Of a stretch of DNA of 64,000 bases, positions 59,857-64,000 are shown piece by piece (within the stretch, counting starts at the first letter, position 1; each line of letters opens with the position of its first letter). The notes under the pieces were generated by a model that saw only the letters and a program-made list of their open reading frames with translations, did not search any database and was not told the DNA's origin. The stretch covers positions 10,850 to 74,849 of the IMG/VR virus record IMGVR_UViG_3300037067_025869; one strand, written 5' to 3'. Made by a program: the position numbers and the translations under genes. The stretch is from a virus. Taxonomy: Duplodnaviria; Caudoviricetes.

Positions 59857-61506
59857 TTATCTCTGTTTTGAAATATATGAAGCTGAAAAACGCAAATCGC
59901 AGTTATCCCCTATAATGAGTTGGTCACTATCGCGAGAAAAATAAGATAACAACTCTAATGACTGTTTTTCTTCTTCAATCGTAGTTTTAAATAGACGAAT
60001 ATTTGTTATATATGAATCCGAACGGTTTAATGAGTATTCATTTATAAATAATTCTTCCGGGATAAAACTAATGGTCTTATAAAAAATCTTTGTTAATTTA
60101 TCTATACCCCCCGAAACGCTAGGTTTCCACACATAAGCGTTATATTGACCCCATACATTTCCTATATTAACCACAACTCCATACCAGGAGTTATCGAGCA
60201 TTTTTGTATCCATTGCTATAACATGTTCTTGAGAACCATATAAAATCTTAATGTATTGATTTGCACATACATATGCTTTAAATCCATAATTTGCTTCATT
60301 TATTCCATCGATCAAATTTATCGGTTCTTGAACTTTCATTTTATATCCCCCCTTTGTTGTCCATGCAGAGGTAATCGAATTTAAATATGCCTCCACGTCT
60401 TCATCTATTTTGCAATAATATCTTCCCGAAACAGAATTATTGTCATCTAAAACTTTTGCATAAAAATTTAAAGCTCCAGGGCGAGAAATCGTAAATACGT
60501 CATCATTAAAAAATCTTTTTGAATTTGGACTTAACTTAACCACATAATTAGCTGGATAGATTAAATCATCTTTCGTAATTGATTCAACGTTATATTCTTT
60601 GGCTAAATTTCTAGGCATAATCCATGCAGTTATAGATCTATCTTCTGTAGGTGCAATATAATCAGAAGAATTAATATATTTAACTGCATTGAAAAGACCC
60701 GAGCTTTTTGCATCATAAACAGATTGAGCCGCTATAATTCCACCAATATCCAAATTATAATTTACAATTCTTAAACTTGGATCAAGAGATTTAAATTTAT
60801 CTTGTGTTGTAGAGTTAAATGGAGACATTTGTTTTTTATCTGTAAGTTTTTCGATATCATTTGCAATAGCTTCTCCAAATAATTCAGCTTCTCCAACAGT
60901 ATAGTTATCAATAGTTTGTTTAAGAGCTTCCCCCTCCCTTCTTGAAGCTTCCTGCTGGTATTTTCTAAGATTTACAATCCAAGTAGTTTCTTGTTCCATA
61001 AATCCTCTTTTTAAATAGGAGCTTTCAACTTGATAAAGTTTATTTGGCAGAGGAAGATAAACAATATCTTTCTTTTGCGGAGCTGTACCAAATCCCGCGA
61101 TTTCTTCCCAATACTTTTTATCAATTTCTATTTGTGTCGGAACCTCATATTCAAGCCCCATAAGATCAAATTGGTACTTGCTATCTGGAAATCCATTCGA
61201 TCCTACTAATACTTTAATACAAATTGGGGTATCTTCTACACACGATAGAGTATATTCCTGAAAAATAACATCTTTAGATCTTTGCTGAGGAACTGCTCTA
61301 AACCACCTTGCTTCTATTCCAAACATTTTGTTAGCAACATTATTCAATGTATTGAAAGTTTGTACAGCAGCAAGAGCAGCATTGGGATTGAATATAGCAC
61401 TTGCAGCTTCTGTAAGATTTACTTGAAGTACTCCCGTATTTGTTCCCTGCTGAATAGGAAAAGCCCCGCTTATCTGCTGTTCCTGAGGATTAGTACAATC
61501 TGCCAT
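59857..61506 (-). CDS. Neck / head-closure protein (gp14-like) with C-terminal beta-sandwich
   Basis: FGIEARWF...IEIDKKYW...PQKKDIVYLP...LYQVES; GAATATATAAA at 61521..61531. Confidence 0.65.
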   Translation of the reverse strand: MADCTNPQEQQISGAFPIQQGTNTGVLQVNLTEAASAIFNPNAALAAVQTFNTLNNVANKMFGIEARWFRAVPQQRSKDVIFQEYTLSCVEDTPICIKVLVGSNGFPDSKYQFDLMGLEYEVPTQIEIDKKYWEEIAGFGTAPQKKDIVYLPLPNKLYQVESSYLKRGFMEQETTWIVNLRKYQQEASRREGEALKQTIDNYTVGEAELFGEAIANDIEKLTDKKQMSPFNSTTQDKFKSLDPSLRIVNYNLDIGGIIAAQSVYDAKSSGLFNAVKYINSSDYIAPTEDRSITAWIMPRNLAKEYNVESITKDDLIYPANYVVKLSPNSKRFFNDDVFTISRPGALNFYAKVLDDNNSVSGRYYCKIDEDVEAYLNSITSAWTTKGGYKMKVQEPINLIDGINEANYGFKAYVCANQYIKILYGSQEHVIAMDTKMLDNSWYGVVVNIGNVWGQYNAYVWKPSVSGGIDKLTKIFYKTISFIPEELFINEYSLNRSDSYITNIRLFKTTIEEEKQSLELLSYFSRDSDQLIIGDNCDLRFSASYISKQR

Positions 61507-61553
61507 ATATAATTCATTTCTTTATATATTCACTGAAAAAAACTACTAGGTTT

Positions 61554-61808
61554 TTACCATTTTTCAGCAAAGCAATCCTCAATATTATCGGTTTTACTTT
61601 TCACGTCCATAAAACAGCCGCATAAGGAGCATATTCGAAAGGAACGGTCGAAGTATTCGCATTTTTCACAAATTTTTATTCTTCTTTTTGCTTCTTCTTT
61701 CTTTTTATCCCTATAAGGTTTATAAAAATAATACAAAAGTAAAAGAACATATGCTTTAAGTATATGCTTTATAATTCTAAATATCATTACCACTTTTTTA
61801 CCGGACAT
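61554..61808 (-). CDS. Small Cys-rich protein, paralog 1
   Basis: RIKICEKC...CSLCGCFMDVKS...CFAEKW. Confidence 0.7.
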   Translation of the reverse strand: MSGKKVVMIFRIIKHILKAYVLLLLYYFYKPYRDKKKEEAKRRIKICEKCEYFDRSFRICSLCGCFMDVKSKTDNIEDCFAEKW

Positions 61809-62083
61809 ACGTAATTCCTTTCTCCATTTAGCGAAATACTATTAAAAGCTTTCCCCTCATTATCGAGAGGATAAATCATAGAAACCTTACGGGTTAGAAA
61901 ACAACCGCACAATCGACAAGCAACTTTATCAGATCTTAAATGTTCGCATTGATTACAAATATTTAATCTAAAATCAGAAATTTCTTTCTTCGTTTCTGGA
62001 TCTATAATATCAAAAGAGAGACTCACCTTTTGATCTTTAAAAATAAAACCCGAAGGCATTCTTCTATTTTTATTCTCTTCCAT
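61787..62083 (-). CDS. Small Cys-rich protein, paralog 2
   Basis: RLNICNQC...CRLCGCFLTRKV...CPVKKW. Confidence 0.7.
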   Translation of the reverse strand: MEENKNRRMPSGFIFKDQKVSLSFDIIDPETKKEISDFRLNICNQCEHLRSDKVACRLCGCFLTRKVSMIYPLDNEGKAFNSISLNGERNYVCPVKKW

Positions 62084-62097
62084 AATTTAAACACTAT

Positions 62098-62430
62098 TTA
62101 AACACATGCAGATGGATATTGAATAATAACAGTAGTAGAATATGAATTAAATGAAACACTTTTTGCAAAAGCAGCGGATGCAATGGAAGCATTTGTAGCA
62201 TAAATACCCATTGAAGCATTACTAGCAGCTAATGATCCATCTACATAAGCTGTTACGAAATATTTATTTGCTGCATCGGAAGAATTTATAGGGGTAGCAA
62301 TTCCAGTAATTTGTTGATTTTTAAAACTTAACGAACCGTCAATGAAAACCGATCCGGATGCGTGGAAATTGCCAGAAATATCCAATTGATATTCGCTCAA
62401 AAAATCCTTGCCCACCACCAATTTTGACAC
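62098..62430 (-). CDS. Short tail-fibre-like protein
   Basis: QITGIATPINSSDAANKYFVTAYVD fibre-shaft motif. Confidence 0.55.
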   Translation of the reverse strand: MSKLVVGKDFLSEYQLDISGNFHASGSVFIDGSLSFKNQQITGIATPINSSDAANKYFVTAYVDGSLAASNASMGIYATNASIASAAFAKSVSFNSYSTTVIIQYPSACV

Positions 62431-62465
62431 TATTAATCCCTCTTTCCTTCCCCCTTTTATTCTAT

Positions 62466-64000
62466 TTATCTGAATGGATATGTCAAACCATTTCCATTGT
62501 TGTAAAGCCTGCTAACATCGTCGCTTGTTAAAGCTTTAGCCCATATACCTACTTCGTCAATATAACCATTGAAAGGATGCGCAGTAGCTGAATATGACCC
62601 TATACTATACACTGTATTATGGCAAGGGGATGGGTTAACCTCTGAGTTTTTTCGTATTGCTAATATACTTCCGTTAATATAAAAAATTACTTCTCCCGTT
62701 GCATAATTATGTGTAACTGCCAAGTGAACCCAGGTATTTAAGGGGATAACATATGCAGCGCCAACCCCATAAAATCCTTTAGTGTTAAAATTCGAGGTCT
62801 GCCAGTTTAAAGAATCTCCTATAATATATAGCCAATGAAATGGTGAATTCCATTGCGCCCCGATCCTTATAATAGTGTCATACGCTATAGATCCAAATGA
62901 ATTAAACCAGCAAGCACAAGATATTCCTGTTTGAGTTGTAATTCCTTTACTACCAAACACCAGCTGATCAGCTGTCGCATCATTAAACTTATAGCAAGTT
63001 CCTATCTTTCCTGGTTGCAAAGGAGTCGCTCCATCATTAACCCCATTTCTCCCATTTCCCGTTACATCAATAATGTTATTTGATGAGTCATTAAGAGGAT
63101 AGTATGCTTGAATCCTATCGAGCAGAGGATCAACTAACTTAAGCTGGGCAGTTTGCGACTGAGAGCCTGTGAATGGGAAAGCCTTGCCTGAACCTGCATT
63201 ATAAAGTTGTTTGATTTCATAGGGAGAAAGTAAGCGAGACCAGATGCCGAACTCGTCCATGTTTCCTCGCCAGCATATTCCAGGATTATCCAGTTGATTT
63301 GAACCTATATACTTTTTACTCAAATAATGATCTGTAAATATTTTTATATTTTTTGTCACACTCGAATATAATGTCCCATTTCTATAAAATTTTACAGTGC
63401 TTGTTGAGTAATTCACTACAATAGTTGCCATTACCCAGGTATTAATAAATCCTAAGAAAAAATCAGTTGAAAAAAAGGTATCTTTAGAGCCGCCTGGCGC
63501 ATATTGAAACACAAGATTATTATTTTGCATATAACTAAATAAAAATCCAGTAGTTGATGATTGATGACCATCACAAATAATAGTAAATAATCCTGCAGAA
63601 GAAGGATAAAGCCATACATTAAAGGATAATTCCTCCACAAACGAAAATTCGGGGGTAACTAAATAATTGTTAGATGTAATAGAAGAATCCCACTTAAATC
63701 CTGTATTTATTACTCCAGATGAATCTTGATAAATTAATCCGTTTATAGATGCATCCCGGTGTTTGGGACTATAGTCTTTAGCATAACCCAGCGAGCCATC
63801 CATTGCATAATAGCATTCTAAATCTGTAAGTAGATTTCCAATTTTAATAGCTGGTGCAGAGTTAACTGTATTAGGAAATGGATAGCTTTTTCCTGCAGAA
63901 TTGTTATAAAGTTGTGTGACCTCAGATTGTGAGAGTACTCGATTCCAAATGCCGAACTCGTCCATATTTGAGTTGAAGTTAGCATAATAAGTTGTAGAAT
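62466..64000 (-). CDS. Tandem LamG/concanavalin-A-like domain protein (tail fibre / receptor binding); begins beyond the window
   Basis: The frame is open to the right edge (STTYYANFNSNMDEFGIW). Repeated MDEFGIW..LS..E...LYN...G..(Y/F)PF domain ends occur three times; YY(A/P)(M/L)D domain starts. Confidence 0.85.
   Translation of the reverse strand, partial: STTYYANFNSNMDEFGIWNRVLSQSEVTQLYNNSAGKSYPFPNTVNSAPAIKIGNLLTDLECYYAMDGSLGYAKDYSPKHRDASINGLIYQDSSGVINTGFKWDSSITSNNYLVTPEFSFVEELSFNVWLYPSSAGLFTIICDGHQSSTTGFLFSYMQNNNLVFQYAPGGSKDTFFSTDFFLGFINTWVMATIVVNYSTSTVKFYRNGTLYSSVTKNIKIFTDHYLSKKYIGSNQLDNPGICWRGNMDEFGIWSRLLSPYEIKQLYNAGSGKAFPFTGSQSQTAQLKLVDPLLDRIQAYYPLNDSSNNIIDVTGNGRNGVNDGATPLQPGKIGTCYKFNDATADQLVFGSKGITTQTGISCACWFNSFGSIAYDTIIRIGAQWNSPFHWLYIIGDSLNWQTSNFNTKGFYGVGAAYVIPLNTWVHLAVTHNYATGEVIFYINGSILAIRKNSEVNPSPCHNTVYSIGSYSATAHPFNGYIDEVGIWAKALTSDDVSRLYNNGNGLTYPFR

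Noticed and set aside
1797-63640. Numerous short antisense or off-frame ORFs in the track (e.g. 2846..3052, 5798..5995, 12298..12687, 14961..15401, 15014..15274, 22157..22381, 27161..27568, 46152..46973, 61282..61512)
   Set aside because: They lie fully within well-supported genes, and their Ser/Phe-rich composition is the mirror of Glu/Lys codons on the coding strand.
1-64000. Stop-codon recoding (TAG or TGA) as in some large Bacteroidota phages
   Set aside because: Long core genes are intact under the standard code, coding density is high, and TAG/TGA end several genes at sensible positions; only the 23828..24124 frame would benefit.
1-64000. CRISPR array, tRNA, rRNA or other structured ncRNA
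   Set aside because: No regularly spaced repeats or cloverleaf/T-loop signatures were seen; intergenic gaps are short and explained by terminators and promoter-like motifs. A covariance-model scan was not possible.
62466-64000. LamG repeats as diversity-generating retroelement TR/VR pair
   Set aside because: Mismatches between repeats are not adenine-specific, and no reverse transcriptase is in the window.

Overview
AT-rich, gene-dense 64 kb segment of a large T4-like (myophage/jumbo-type) phage genome, almost all on the minus strand. The host is probably an anaerobic Bacteroidota (Bacteroidetes-type class II NrdJ, ThyX, two host-like secreted proteins). It carries replication/recombination genes (N-terminal half of a split family-B polymerase, primase, gp32-like SSB, UvsW, UvsY-like, RuvC-like), nucleotide metabolism genes (nrdJ, dut, thyX, thioredoxin), tail and packaging genes (sheath, tube, chaperone, tape measure, neck, TerS, TerL), an amidase endolysin and at least 7 free-standing endonuclease genes or remnants. 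Main highlights: (1) terL is fractured into two genes by an atypical split intein (55-aa IntN, 146-aa IntC, Thr+1, inserted in Walker A GK|T) with a Vsr-like endonuclease gene between the halves; (2) five otherwise unrelated proteins share an N-terminal FxRGxDPxxxMxIG leader and many carry (I/L/V)xE sites, suggesting a capsid-addressing system for injected cargo; (3) a ligase-like / HIGH / Pol-beta nucleotidyltransferase plus 2H-phosphoesterase cluster; (4) two candidate programmed frameshifts (tail chaperone +1/-2; membrane protein -1 at A-AAA-AAA); (5) an ACTAA-repeat leader upstream of the SSB gene and a GAATATATAAA late-promoter-like motif. No CRISPR array, tRNA or rRNA was seen. All family assignments come from motif reading and recall, not from database searches.
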